Assembly: GCF_006345805.1 (NCBI RefSeq)
Contig: NC_043007.1
Location: 30,876,001-30,940,000, forward strand
Length of the DNA: 64,000 nucleotides
Origin: Octopus sinensis
Taxonomy: Eukaryota
Direction: 5' to 3'
In this document: piece after piece, positions 33,963-47,759 of the stretch
How the letters are laid out: each line of letters begins with the position of its first letter
How positions within the stretch are numbered: position 1 is the first letter of the stretch
Translations under genes and position numbers: made by a program
Notes under the pieces: generated by a model
What the model was told of the DNA's origin: nothing
What the model saw: only the letters and a program-made list of their open reading frames with translations
Database searches by the model: none

Positions 33963-34810
33963 GTAAGTTTCCACCATTTTGCCTGCACATCTGTATCGTA
34001 AATTCACTTCATTTTACTTTTCAAGATATTTTCCCAAAGTGCCACCAACAGAGATCAGACCAGGACAATATGGTTGTAAACTGCTCTGATTCCAAACCAC
34101 CTGAGACCTGCCCCTGGTTCTATTATACAAACATGGAGTTTTAAAGTGATTGAAATTAAGGGTTTCCATCAAAATTCCATGTTAATTTGTTTCAAACACT
34201 AAAGGACAAAATAGTTCTAGTTAATTCTTCTTTATTTTTGGAATTAAATGAAACCAAAGCAGTGTATTGCACCAGAAAAGTATGGCAACAAAAGGGTTAA
34301 AAATGACAGTTATTTTAATAGCAACCACAAATAGTGCGGGTGGCACGAAAAGGGAATGTAGTCTTATACCATTGCTGTGCCTGCTTGGTTTTGTTTGTTT
34401 GACTTTCAATCACAGCCATTTTATATCAGTATTCTCTGACCTTATGTTTTATTCTATTTCATCCGATTAATGCTCCATCATCGACGGTTCATGTATAGGC
34501 ACTGCAGAACTACAGCACCCCCCATTTCCACTCGATATTATCGATCACATTCAATATAATGTGACCTTTTTTCTTTAATTCTTTGTTCATACCAACTGTA
34601 AAATATGGCTGCATTGTGAATGAGCGGACCCTACATTGTCTACCTTGGAATACATTATCTAATGCGTCTTTCTCTAAAACAGAAGAAAGTGATATAAAGG
34701 AGAGAGAGCAGAGTAGGGATGAAATGAATTCTCAATTGTGAATAAATAAATAAATTCTAAATAAATAAATAAATTCTGTTAAACTATTTTTGTCTTCCAT
34801 TTCTTTGCAG

Positions 34811-34939
34811 GTGAAATAGTTGAGATTAGTCAAAGTGGAGTTAAGTCCCTTTGTCGAGTTCCTTGCCCTGGCAACAAACCTTCTGCTTTCTGCATCTTCG
34901 AGTATGTCTATTTTGCCCGACCGGACAGCATTATGGAAG
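34811..34939 (+). CDS. PPAT: PPAT exon 7
   Basis: ttgcag / gtttga; [25 protein letters not shown] (Fe-S ligand Cys). Confidence 0.96.
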
Positions 34940-36575
34940 GTTTGATATGAATTATTTAAATCTATGCATGGATAATAAATAAATTAATATTTCTGTATAT
35001 ATATATATATTTATATGTAAGTGTATGTGTGTGTCTGTGTGTTTTGTTCCTTCACTACCTGACAACCCTTGTTGCTTTGTTTACATCCCTGTAACTTAGC
35101 AGTTCAGCAAAAAATATCAATATACCACTTGACTTAAAAATATGTGTTGGAAATCAAATTCAACTAAACTTTTCATGATTGAAACAAGTAAATCATCATC
35201 ATCATCGTTCAACGTCCACTTTCCATGCTGGCATGAGTTGGATGATTTGACTGAGGACTGGCGAACCAGATGGCTGCACCAGGCACCAATCTGATCTGAC
35301 AGTTTCTACAGCTGGATGCCCTTCCTAACGCCAACCATTCAGAGAGTGTTGTGGGTGCTTTTGCGTGCCACCAACATGAGGACCAGTCAGGTGGTACTGG
35401 CAATGGCCACGCTTAAGTGGTGTTTTTACGTGCCACCTGCACAGGAGCCAGTCCAGCGGCACTGGCAACGACCTTGCTTGAATGTTTCTCACGTGCCACT
35501 GGCACAAGTGCCAAGGTTTTAAGAAAAAAAAAGAAGAAATTCCAGGGTGGGAGCAATGGTTGTCTGAATTGATGAAAATTGCATTTATTGGTAAAGTTTA
35601 ATGCTTCTTTGGGTTGTAAGCTGTTCTAAGATCTGGCATGTGAGACATGTCAACCGTTTCCTTCATCTTTTATGGAAGAATATAAAACAGTTGGTTATTT
35701 CATATTCACAGGACAAAGACCTAACTCTATTGAACATTTTTTTTTAATACCAACACCCTGAGGCCATTTTATCAATCCTCTGAAGTCACCCATGGTTTTA
35801 GACTACCCTTTTCCCTCCCCACAGCTACCTTCGGTGCCATGTAACCAAACTAAATGAGACTCCTTTATTAATGACTCATCTGAGACACCCTGTTACTGAA
35901 TAGTCCAAGACATCGGCTGCCTTGGGTCCCAGTCCATCTGACACCACCTCTTGTCCATTGGCAGTGCTGGAATGATATCTATTATATAAAATCCATTCTG
36001 TCTGTCTGTGTCTCTTCTCGAATCTCAGGCATCCTCCATCTGGTTGCGCTCAAATTTGATATGTAGATACCAATGGTATCAGGGTGTGTATAAGTCTTGA
36101 AAAAATTACAAAAATCGATTCCAGGTGAGAATGTGGTCGATAAAGCCGTGGGAACGTGCATTTGTACGTGCAAGTACATCAGCTGTTGCGATCGATACTA
36201 GGCGTACACAAGAAAAATACACGGTGTCTCAAATTTAGGTTAAATCAGTGTTTCTTAGAGGAGAGGCCTATGGGAGTCGGACAAGTTGTTTTGAGAAAAT
36301 TTTGTTTAAATGTTTGACAACTCAGCACCGTCCATTGGACGGAGGGGCGTTTTGCTTGTATATATATATATATGTGAGAGAGAATTTTTTGTTAAGTTAT
36401 ATTCCAAACACCATCTTGATAATGTAGAAGTGACTCGTTGTCCAAAATATTTCCAAGATCTTGCTTGGGTTTCAAAAATAATCAAGAATTTTGTTAGACA
36501 TATTGTCATGAAATGATTAATGGTGGTAAGTAGAGATTTTGGACCTTCTCAGTGCTACTTGATGCTTGTTTTCAG

Positions 36576-36703
36576 GTCAAATGGTGTATTCTGTGAGGAA
36601 GCGGTGTGGTCAACAACTGGCCATAGAATTCCCTGTTAACGTAGACCTGGTCAGCACCGTCCCTGAATCAGCAACACCTGCTGCCATGGCTTATGCCGAA
36701 ATG
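36576..36703 (+). CDS. PPAT: PPAT exon 8
   Basis: tttcag / gtaaat; [38 protein letters not shown]. Confidence 0.96.
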
Positions 36704-36764
36704 GTAAATATAGACATTTCTTATGTTCCTGTAGACTATATCAGACATATTCCATTATGATTTC

Positions 36765-36985
36765 TATTTCTTTACTGCCCACAAGGGGCTAAACACAGAG
36801 AGGACAGACAAACGGATTAGGTCGATTAGATCGATCCCAGTGCGTAACTGGTACTTAATTTATCGACCCCGAAAGGATGAAAGGCAAAGTCAACCTCGGC
36901 GGAATTTGAACTCAGAACGTAATGGCAGACGAAATACGGCTACGTATTTCGCCCGGCGTGCTAACGATTCTGCCAGCTTGCCACC
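36765..36985 (-). mobile_element. Family 'B1' SINE with 18-bp TSD
   Basis: tattccattatgatttct on both sides. Confidence 0.9.
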
Positions 36986-38110
36986 TTTTATTCCATTATG
37001 ATTTCTTTAAGAAATACTACTGCCGCCAGACATTATGGTCTTCAACTTGATGCAGAGAAGAGAAACATTCTCTGTGTGTGTGTGTGGACCACAGAGCTAT
37101 CTCTTGCTGGTTTCTTTTACTTGTTTCAGTTATTGGACTGTGGCCATGCTGGGGCACTGCCTTGAAAGTTTTCAGCAATCAAATTCATCCCAGTACTTAT
37201 TTTAACCCTTTTGTTACCGTATTTATTTTGAGACGCTCTGTGTGTTTCTTTCAATTACTTTAAATATAACAAAGTATTTAGTAAAATAACTTCATTATCA
37301 TTAAGCTGGCGTTAGGAACATGATTTGTGACTAATGTTTGGTGGAAGATTTTAATTCAAAACTTATGAAAACAAGACATTTGTACAACAGAGCCAGAGCC
37401 GGTTTCAGCTGGGTTGATAACAAAAGGTTTAAGGCTGGCACATATTCTTTCGGTCTCTTTTTGCCAAACTACTAAGTTACAGGGACATCAACAAACCAAC
37501 ACCAGTTAAGTCGTGAGAAACAAATATAATGTGGGCTTCTGCACAGTTTTCATTTAGCAGATCCACTCACAAGGCATTAGTCAGTCTAAGGCTATAGTAG
37601 AAGGTACTTGCTCAAGGTGCTGTGCAGTGGGACTGAACCCAAACCCTTGTGACTGAAGCCGATTTCTTGACCACACAGCCAGGCCAACATATATACAAAC
37701 AGTCATGTTTGAAGTTTCATGAAAGAAACATGGTTCTTTTCTTTCCGAAATTACTGGTTAATAATGTCTCTTGTATTTAAGGATCTTGCTTTCAGCCATG
37801 GGGTTCTCAGTTCAATCTCACTGCCTTAGCGCACACCACACATGTGTGTTGTCTGGCAACAGAACTCTGCACCATGCCACACAAGCAGGAGAATCCAGTC
37901 GTGGCTGTCAGACAATTTCTGCAACCACATCACCCCTAACATCTGGCCACCTGACTCCCCAGACTGCAACCCCCTTCATTATTTTGTGTGGGACGCAGTT
38001 GAGTGAGAGAGAGACCAACAAATTTCATTTTTGCACAATTCAGACAGCAATTTATTTACTGTAGCCTGTATCTATATATATTTATGTATTCTGTTGCATT
38101 CTGTTTCTAG

Positions 38111-38332
38111 CTTGGTATTCCATACGGTGAAGTATTGTGTAAGAATCGCTATGTTGGTCGAACATTCATCCAGCCGAGCTTGAGACTTCGGCAGCTTGGC
38201 GTCGCTAAGAAATTTGGTGCATTGACAGAGAACTTCAAAGGCAAACGAATTGTCCTCATTGACGATTCTATTGTACGGGGAACAACAATGGCACCAATCA
38301 TTAAACTACTGAAGACCTCAGGAGCTACAGAA
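38111..38332 (+). CDS. PPAT: PPAT exon 9
   Basis: ttctag / gtaagt; [28 protein letters not shown] (PRPP-binding loop). Confidence 0.97.
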
Positions 38333-39519
38333 GTAAGTCTCCAACCCCACTCTCTCTTTCGCTCTTCCCTCTCTCTTTAATTATAAAGTGCCTAACAAAC
38401 AGACACTGAATTGTCAGGTGTAGGTACGACAGGTAAATGTTACCAGCTGTCAGTCAAAAAACGTTTCGTTATTTACATATTTCTATAATATTTTAATTAT
38501 AATCCAACACATAATTATTTCGTTTTTGGATTTGGTTTGCAAGATTCTTTATATGAATTGGTGTGTTGAAGCATATTCTGTTGTGTCTGGGGAGAGTCAT
38601 TTTCTTTTTGTGCCTTATAATCTAACAAAATTTTAGGAAAATAAAAATAAGAAATAAGTGGAAATTTCACCGGTGAGTGTGTTAAATTATAAAGCACAAA
38701 AATAAAATGACTCTCCCCAGACACAACAGAACACCTAATTAGCATTCCATCAATTATGATGACGAGGGTTCTTGTTACTCCAACCAATGGAACAGCCTCC
38801 TCGTGAAATTAATGTACAAGTGGCTGAGTACTCCACAGACATGTGCATATCCTTAATGTAGCTCTCAGGGAGATTCAGCGTGACACAGAATGTGACGAGG
38901 CTGGTCCCATTGAATTACTGGTACAATTCATTTTTGCCAGCTGAGTGGACTGGAGCTATGTGAAATAAAGTGTCTTGCTCAAGGTCAGGTATTGAACTCA
39001 TGAGCTTGCAGTTATGAGCTGAATAAGTTAACCATTAAGCCACATACCCACATACTTATTTCATATCATCATCATCGTTTAATGTCTGTTTTCCTTGCTG
39101 GCATGGGTTGGACAGTTTAACTGAGGTCTGGAGAGCCAGTGGCTGCACCAGGCTCCAATCTGATCTGGCAGAGTTTCTACAGCTGGATGCTCTTCCTAAC
39201 GCCAACCACTCCGAGAGTGTCGTGGGTGCTTTTTGCTTTTTACGTGGCACCAACACAAGTGGTTTATGTGTGACACCAGTGTGGGTGCTTCATACATGGC
39301 ACCAGTAGCCATGTGTTCACAAGAGATGAGAGTATGATGGGGGTGGTGGGGCAGATATATAAATAAGACTTTGTAATTCAATAGTTTTTCACATTTAAAT
39401 ATAATTTTGTATTTCAAGTTATTTCATTGATCGATGTTCACATTTTAGGTGTAAATATGAAGTCATTTGGTTTTTGTGTCCATTATTGCTCTAAGATCTC
39501 CTCTCTTATCTTTTTCCAG

Positions 39520-39640
39520 GTCCACATAAGGGTGGCTTCTCCACCTGTAAAATACCCATGTTATATGGGTATCAACATCCCAACCAAGGAGGAGTTGATT
39601 GCTAACCAATTTAATTCTTCGCAACTGGCAGAACATTTAG
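39520..39640 (+). CDS. PPAT: PPAT exon 10
   Basis: ttccag / gtaaat; [29 protein letters not shown]. Confidence 0.97.
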
Positions 39641-39700
39641 GTAAATTAATGTTTGGTCATCCTGACTTTGTCATCTTTTGGAACAATCACATTGCTAAGA

Positions 39701-39942
39701 ATTTATGATTATTTATTATTATTTATTATTATTTATTATTATTTATGATTATTTATGATTATTTATTATTATTTATGATTATTTATGATTATTTATGATT
39801 ATTTATGATTATTTATGATTATTTATGATTATTTATGATTATTTATGATTATTTATGATTATTTATGATTATTTATGATTATTTATGATTATTTATGATT
39901 ATTTATGATTATTTATGATTATTTATGATTATTTATGATTAT
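39701..39942. repeat. 10-bp tandem array (ATTTATGATT / ATTTATTATT), about 24 units
   Basis: Exact 10-nt period visible in the sequence. Confidence 0.97.
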
Positions 39943-40456
39943 TAAAGGTCTGAGTTCAAATTCCACCAAGGTTGACTTTGCCTTTCATCCTTTCCAGGTT
40001 GATAAAATAATTATGAGTTGAGTACAAGGGTTAATGTAATCAACTTACCTTTACCCCAGGAAATTGCTGGCCTTGTGCCAAAATTTTAAACCATTATAAT
40101 TACCAACTTTTACTGCCTGACTGGCTCCCATTCCAGTGGCACATAAAAGGCACCCACTACACTCGTGGTTTGCATTGGGAGGGGCATCCAGCTGTAGAAA
40201 CCTTGCCCAATCAAATTGGAGTCTGGTGCAGCCCCTTGGCTTGCCACTCCTCAGTCAAACCGTCTGACCCATGCCAGCATGGAAAGTGGACGTTAAACGA
40301 CGATGATGATAATGAGTTATTAGTACAGTGAAATAGTGAGTGCATATATAGAAATAATAGTTAATACCGAATACAGTCAAGTCACCTGTAGACACAAAAC
40401 TTGGCTTCAAATCTTTTAATTTATTCTTTCATTTGTTTCTTGTCTTTTACAAACAG

Positions 40457-40599
40457 GTGCTGACAGTTTAGAATATCTCTCTGTTGAGGGGCTCCACTTA
40501 GCCGTGAAGAAAGGGGCTAAACATATGGAAGATGATGGTAAAAATGGATATTGTGCTGCCTGCTTAACAGGAAATTATCCTGCAGAACTAGATTGGTAA
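40457..40599 (+). CDS. PPAT: PPAT exon 11, last coding exon
   Basis: aaacag acceptor; GADSLEYLSVEGL..GYCAACLTGNYPAELDW* (CxxC Fe-S ligands); total CDS 1527 nt. Confidence 0.97.
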
Positions 40600-43500
40600 A
40601 AAGAAGACACTCAGAGGAAGCTGTTGATATTTTCAGTTCATTCCTTCCTCACTCTCTCTTGGATGTTGCATTTAAAGAATTCATAGATTTTCAATTAAAT
40701 GTCCGAGATGAGTGTTTGTTGATGAGATTAGAATTGTTTGATCCAATTAACTTCATCATTAGAGTAGACATTTACGACATTGTGTGTGTGTGGTTTGTTG
40801 AAACTGAACTTTAGTCTTGTAACTTAAGTTTCTCATCATTGTGGTATCAGGTGAGAATGCGTGTGTGTGTATATTTATATATACTGGTCTTTGCCTCTAT
40901 CCATTTGATTCTGACAAGTCGCCTGTACAACTAATCTCTTTATACATGCGAAATCAATGATCTCTCTCTCTCTCTCTCTGACCAGCCATACCAAACAACC
41001 TTCTAAATATATATGTGTGCACACACACACACTCTCTCACAAACTTGCAGTCTCTGATTGAAACCAGATGTCTAATTCCTTGAAATATCTCTTGTTCCAG
41101 ACTGGATTTGAAATCAACGTTATTACCTCCCTTTGTTTAGGTTCCATTTTCTATTTCCCCCAAAGTATCTTGTCATATGCGGCCGTGATTTTTCTGGCTA
41201 AACAGATTACTGCCCTATGTTTAACACTAAAGTTCCCATCTACAAATCACTCCTGCGGCCATATACACATACATACATACACACACATATATGTATGAGT
41301 GAGAGAGAAGTAAATGTCCACTCTAAAGATGAATTTAACAATCAGTAATATTACCCCCTTTTTTTTTTGTTTTGGGGCTGGTATAATTTATATTTTATAT
41401 TTTATCCAGTATTGTTTTATATATTTTTTTTAAGAATTTAGCAACCTGGTTCTGTGTTCATTTTCTACCATTGGTGGCTGCTAAATATTTTCAATATTGT
41501 GGTCAGTGAAATTAGTGAGAGAATCCATTATGTTCACTGTGAATGGTATACAACAGTGAACAAGCAGGCAGTCTGTTCATGGTGAAGTTTAGAAATGGAA
41601 AACTTAAAGCTGCATTGGTAGGGAAAAACATCAAAATGCAAAAACTGCAATTTATCAAAAGACTTGTTTAAGTGCCTTGAGAGGTGATTTATTTCAAGGA
41701 ATTCATTTCATAAAATCATTATAAAAGTCAAGAAAACAGAATGGAAGAAGAATTGATAACCATTTCTTCTACAAGTTCATTTATACATATCACAGAAATT
41801 CCAAACTGTTAAGCATCCAAGACTTGCTTAACAAGTTTATATTTTCCCAGTATTTTAACTACATTTTTCATAACCATTATTACTATATATTACAAGCAAT
41901 TTTTTTTTTTTTTACCATTAATTAAAAATTATGTCTACACACACCCAATACCTTCAAATACTGTTGCTGCAGGCACTGGGATGGCTGTGTGGTAAGAAGC
42001 TTGCTTCCCAACCACTTGGTTTGGAGTTCAGTCCCCTTGTGTGGCACCTTGGGCAAGTGTCTTCTACTATAGCCTCGGGCTGACCAAAGCCTTGTGAAAG
42101 GGTTTCGTAGATGAAAACTGAAAAAAACCTGAAGCCTGTTAAATGTGTGTGTGTGTGTATGTATGTATATATATATATAATACAGATATTCATTTAACAA
42201 AATGAGAACCTCAATAAGTATATTGGATAAATGCTATCCCATAGTGGGTTACACCCATAGCCCCTATCTTACTTTGTACAATATATATATATATGTATGT
42301 ATCTGTGTGTGTATCATATGTAATGATATCAAACTGGACCCTGGTGCAGCCTTTATACTCTTTCCAGTGGTTGGTCAATCAAGTCACGCATCATCAAACA
42401 CTTGCTGCACTCAGTCGCCCTGCACCGATTTACCAATGCTACAGCATGGACACACCTTGCATTGCCACTGCTACACCAGTGTTGCAGGCTCTGCGGGTTA
42501 ATTCTTAACCTTAACATGCTGTTTGGGCCCCTATCATTCTCTCTCAATCTGTGAGTTAGGTTAACCCTTTAGCATTTAAACTGACCACATCTGGCGAAAA
42601 TGTTCTGCTTGTTTTATGTTCAAACTGACCTGATCCAACATCTCACACCTACCCTACAAGGTCATAGTAAAAAATAAACAATGTGAATAAATAAGAATTA
42701 ACGCTTGACAAGATAATCTGAAAGCTAAACTGTTTAACTCTATTCTGTTAATATCTGGAGCTCTTCTTTAAATTTCCTCCATCTCTTTTGTGGACAGTGA
42801 AGGTGCATGGCTGAATGGTCAGACTGTTGCATCCATGATTGTAAGATCGTCGGTTCAATTCCCATATTGGGCAGTACATTGGGTTCTTTGAGCAAAGCAC
42901 CTCATTCCACATTGTTCCAGTCGATTCCAGGCTGACACCCATTTACGGAGTATGTTGTTGTCTCACAAAGCCAGGAAACTGGCTTTGGGAGTCCTAGGAC
43001 TCATCTCACAGTGGACTCTTGTGAACAGTTAACGAATGAGTCCATTTGAGTCCTATCACTGAATCTCATTTGTAAGCATTTTATTAATTTATTTTTATCA
43101 TTAAACTATTTGATAAGGGATTAGGTTTTTAAATTTCTATACAAAAACTGTTTAGTTATTGAGTTTAATCCTTTGGCATTTGAACAAGCCATGTCCAGCC
43201 AAAATATTCATCCTGTTCTGTGTTCAAACTGGCCTGATCTGGCCTTTCATGCTTATCTTGCAATTCCATTCTAAACATTAGCAATCATCTCATTGACATC
43301 TCAAAGCTACAGGATAATAAATTCAAAACAATGTCAATAGATAAGGATTATCTTTGGCAATAATCTGAATGCTAAAGGATTAAACTATGTACATACATTT
43401 GCTTAACTTGTGTTTTCTAGGCTAGTAAAGCTTAGACAGGGAACTACTTAAGGCAAGAGTCTGCCTGCTGGATGCTCTTCCTGTCACCAACTCTTACCAG

Positions 43501-44049
43501 TTTTCTAAGTAAGGGAATTTCTAATTCCAGTAGCAGACAATTTGTTGGCAGGTAATGCCAATAAACATCACTGGTTGCAGTTCAGTTGCAAATGGGGACA
43601 TCACTGCTCAACCAGAAACAGTCATGTCAGTATCTGTAACTTTATTCCCTGGAAATTGTAGACATTCACATTGATAACAACACGAGGCTTCTTTCAGTTT
43701 CTACAAAATTCTCTCTGGGTATTTTTCAACCTGGGTATATAGTACATAGTACTATAATCTACCATATTTTAACGTGTATAAGGAACCCCCTAATTTTGGG
43801 GGCTAAAATTTGGAGAAAAAAGGTTTTGTAAGGGATTATAATATTATCCGTGTATAAGAAACTCCCATATTTTTTTAACCTGATTTTTGACAAAAATGGG
43901 GTCCCCATAAACATTAAAATATGAAATGTATGAATTTAAGTTTCCAGGATCAGCTGTAGAAACCAAAGCTAAGACTGGAGCTTGGTACAGCTCATTGGAT
44001 CCTTGGATCCTTTGAAACCACTGAACCCATACCAGCATGGAAAGCAGAG

Positions 44050-44091
<42 letters not shown>

Positions 44092-44278
44092 TGTGTCAAC
44101 TTATGAGATCAATAGATTTGAACTTACACTCCTCAAGTAACCTGAGTAAGTTTATTCTATAAAAATATCTATACACTTGATTGTTTATCATCTGGAAATT
44201 TTGAGCCTGCCTTCTCTTTTCACATATGTACAAGTATACAAAATATTCTATAATTATATACATAAATATGATTATAAT

Positions 44279-44439
44279 CAGGGGTCAGCTAACTGCTTCG
44301 CCACGTACCGAAATTAGAAATAGAAGCTAAAGCCATTTCAACTAATATAAATATCTCTGAGACAATAGTAATGTAGTTGAAATGGCTTTAGCTTCTATTT
44401 CTAATTTTGGTACGTGGCGAAGCAGTTAGCTGACCCTTG
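44279..44439. mobile_element. Fold-back MITE with hAT-like ends and 8-bp TSD ATTATAAT
   Basis: ~66-bp near-perfect arms CA(G/A)GGGTCAGCTAACTGCTTCGCCACGTACC..CAACTA around a ~29-nt loop. Confidence 0.85.
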
Positions 44440-44788
44440 ATTATAATTATAGAATATTTTGTATAATTCACCTATAAAGGTTATTTTAACCTACTGACTA
44501 CTTGGTAAAATTATTAATTAATTTTACCCTATATTATTATTATATACAAGTATATATGTATTGTGCATTGAAACCCAAGGTTCTATCTGTTTATTCCAAT
44601 CACTCTCTCTCTATATATATATATATATATTATTGCTGTTGTTACATATAAGACCTAATTCATGTCTAATACTCATAAAAATTTATAATAAACTCTTAAA
44701 ACCCTTCCAAGTTCTTGTTTTTTAATCATTTGTCTTGAAAATTTCCCCAACATTCTCTCCTTCCCCTCCACTCTCTCTTTCTCTAGGT

Positions 44789-44977
44789 CAGTGGTTGTCA
44801 ACCTTCTTAATATCCGGGTCAGATCCCAAACCTGGATTTTTCTAGGGGGCTTCACCAAATAAAAGAAAACAAATTTGTTACAAAAAAAATTATTTATAGA
44901 GGAGAGACCGTTGGGGGCCACTGGAAGGAAGCTTGAGGGCTGCATGAGGCCCTGGGAGCTGCGGTCAAGAACCACTG
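44789..44977. mobile_element. hAT-type MITE
   Basis: CAGTGGTT..AACCACTG; flanks ctctaggt and ctgcaggt. Confidence 0.7.
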
Positions 44978-45779
44978 CTGCAGGTGTTCCACTTCTGGCC
45001 CCATCCCCAACCATATATAAAGGGAAAATTCCATTAGTTTGTATGTATGTCCATCTGTCCTTGTTTTGATATAGTGTGATAGATGTAAACGATCGTCACT
45101 GTCATACAAGCAGTGTCGTTCATTTCCAGTATTCCGCAAAAATATGTCTTGCCATGGAGCAAATATCAACTTATTTGGAAACAGGTGAGGGTTGGCGATA
45201 GGAAAGATATCCGGCCGTAAAAAATGCGCTTTCGTAAATTCTGTCCCAACTCATGCAAACATGGAAAAGTGACGTTAAACGATGATAATGATGATGGCCA
45301 GTGGTGAGCAACATCGTGTCGGTAAAAAAATAAATAAGGGTCAGAGTGCGTGCGGGAGTTTCCAGAGTCAACTTGGGTGAGAATACCCGAAATGGTTGAA
45401 CAGTTTGAACAGATGCTAATAGCAAGATCGTCCTGGGTTGAAATTAGAAGGAAAAAAAAAAAACTGATCTGTTTCTTTATTACCCACAAGGGGCTAAACA
45501 TAGAGGGGACCGACAAACGGATTAAGTCGATTACATCAACCCAGTGCGTAACTGGTACTTAATTTGTCGACCTCGGCGTATTTGAACTCAGAACGTAACG
45601 GCAGACGAAATACGGCTACGCATTTCGCCCGTCGTGCCAACGGTTCTGCCAGTTCCTCGCCTTATTTAAACACACAAACTGATTGGCAGTGAAAAGAAGG
45701 TCATTTTGTCTGCGTGTGACACAACGAGTAATCAGTGATGTAAGCGACAAACCAAAGTTCTCCCATTATCTGCTTCGGT

Positions 45780-45788
45780 GGGCGGGGC
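45780..45788 (+). promoter_or_regulatory. GC box (Sp/KLF) upstream of RBKS
   Basis: GGGCGGGGC about 50 bp before the ATG in a locally CpG-rich patch; motif match only. Confidence 0.45.
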
Positions 45789-45836
45789 GTTAACGGACTC
45801 GCTTTTACTTTCACAAAACAACCCAACTGACTGAGC

Positions 45837-45880
45837 ATGGATGTCGTTGTTGTTGGAAGTTTTATGACAGATTTTTTCTG
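45837..45880 (+). CDS. RBKS: RBKS (ribokinase) exon 1
   Basis: MDVVVVGSFMTDFF, cf. 'VVVVGSCMTDLV'; gtaagg donor, phase 2. Confidence 0.88.
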
Positions 45881-46392
45881 GTAAGGACAATATCATCATC
45901 AGCAGTATCGACAATAATAATAATAATAATAATGCGAACCGGTAGAATCTGAGTTCAAATCCCGCCGAGGTCGATTTTGCCTTTCGTCTCTTTCGGGGTT
46001 GATAAAATAAGTCGATGTAATCGACTAGCCCCCTCCACCAAAATTCCAGGCCTTGTGCCTCTCGTAGAAAGGATTATTATTTATTAATTTGTTTTATTAT
46101 TGCAGTTTATTCTACGTTCTCACTGCATCAGTAATTAAACCAAGTTCTGTGCGCGGGCGGATGTTCTTAAGGCCATAAAACTGAAACCGAAACGAACGGA
46201 ATTTTTGTATCATGCAACGCAAGCAATATTATCACTTGAAAATTACTGCGTATATTTAATCCTGTAATTATTTTAAATATGCACATATCGACCTAACAGC
46301 GCGAGGAATTACTCGCAGGATTCCTTGTTTCGATACCGACCGCGTGTTAACAACTACTTGTTTATATATACATAACACATATACGCATAATA

Positions 46393-46564
46393 TATATACA
46401 TATTAAAATGAAACCACTATGTGGACACCCTTTTGCTAGAAATAGATCCGCTATGGTCTTACCACTAAGAAATGTTCTCAAGAAAAATTTAGTGGTAAGA
46501 CCATAGCGGATCTATTTCTAGCATAAGGGTGTCCACATAGTGGTTTTCCTCTAATATGTATATA
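46393..46564. mobile_element. Fold-back MITE-like hairpin in RBKS intron 1
   Basis: ~75-bp arms ..aaaccactatgtggacaccctt.tgctagaaatagatccgctatggtcttaccactaa and its reverse complement, ~20-nt loop. Confidence 0.8.
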
Positions 46565-46760
46565 ATACAATTTTACTGAACCTTCAGTTTTTTTTTTTTT
46601 TATATGTTAGACCACTGGCGTGAAATCTATGTTAATTAAATTAATATCTAATTTCTCACCCTCATTTTAAAATTATTTTTATATATATATATATATGGTG
46701 ATCTTTCGGATTTAGTTACAAGACTGCCTGTATATAATTAAGGGTACTGACAAGCAGTAC

Positions 46761-46914
46761 CGGGACATGCTAAACATAGCAGTCAAAATGACCAAACCAC
46801 AAGTTTTCACTTTCCCACAAAGTTGGCAAATGAATAAAAATCCCGCTATCACTTTTGTGTTTAAATGAAAGCTTTTGGTTTCGTCATTTTGACTGCTATG
46901 TTTAGCATGTCCCG
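46761..46914. mobile_element. MITE-like element with ~50-bp TIRs
   Basis: CGGGACATGCTAAACATAGCAGTCAAAATGAC..GTCATTTTGACTGCTATGTTTAGCATGTCCCG. Confidence 0.75.
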
Positions 46915-47759
46915 CATGCTAAGCCTCTGATATTATAAACAATATTGTCCTCATAAATGTTTTAATTCACACACACAGGATAGACTTGAAGTAATGGCAG
47001 TATTCTATTATTCCAGATTCTGTTTATTCCGTTTTTGTACTTTTATTATTCCAGTTTGTTGAAATTTTATGTTATTCTGGCTCCAGTTTATATTCTATTA
47101 TTCCTGTTCCTATTTATACTGTACTCTGTTATTCTAGTTCCTGTTTACATTTTATTGTTAGTCTGGTCAGAACCATCTCAGAAGCATTATGGGCTCCCGG
47201 GTAAATTAATGCACTGGACCCTATAGAATTTATTTACCAACATGCATATATCAGAACCAGTTAAGGCGGCACTGAGTCTAGTTTATGTTTATTTTGTGAG
47301 ATCTCTATATCTTATTCTATTATTCCAGTTATCTTAGAACGACGGTATTGTTTTAGTGAACGCTGATACCATTAAACCGAAGCACCTCTGCATATCACGG
47401 CGGTGAGGATTGACTTAAAAAGTTATGTTGAGAGGAATTGGGGGGGGGGATTACTTGGTGACGCCCTCTGCACGACAGACGTGCAGTTTAATTGATCAAA
47501 ATTATATATTAATAGTAAAAAGCAGGGGTGTGCAACATTTTTCATTGGTGGGTCCCTTTCGGCAATCGAAAGATTGCCCCATTGCCCCACTTTCGAATAT
47601 TGGAACAACAATTAGGGCCAGTTACCATCAGAAATATATAATCTTGTAAACGACTGTTTGTTGTTTAATTTCTTGCATTTCGGCAATTTCAACCTATCAA
47701 TGACGTCTATTGAAGTGAATACAATTACTGCTGTAGTGTGTCAACAACAATTATTTAGT

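Noticed and set aside
36630-36645. PPAT Asn codon (AAC) where vertebrates have Asp, as a possible A-to-I recoding site
   Set aside because: Cannot be supported from DNA alone; ordinary substitution explains it equally well
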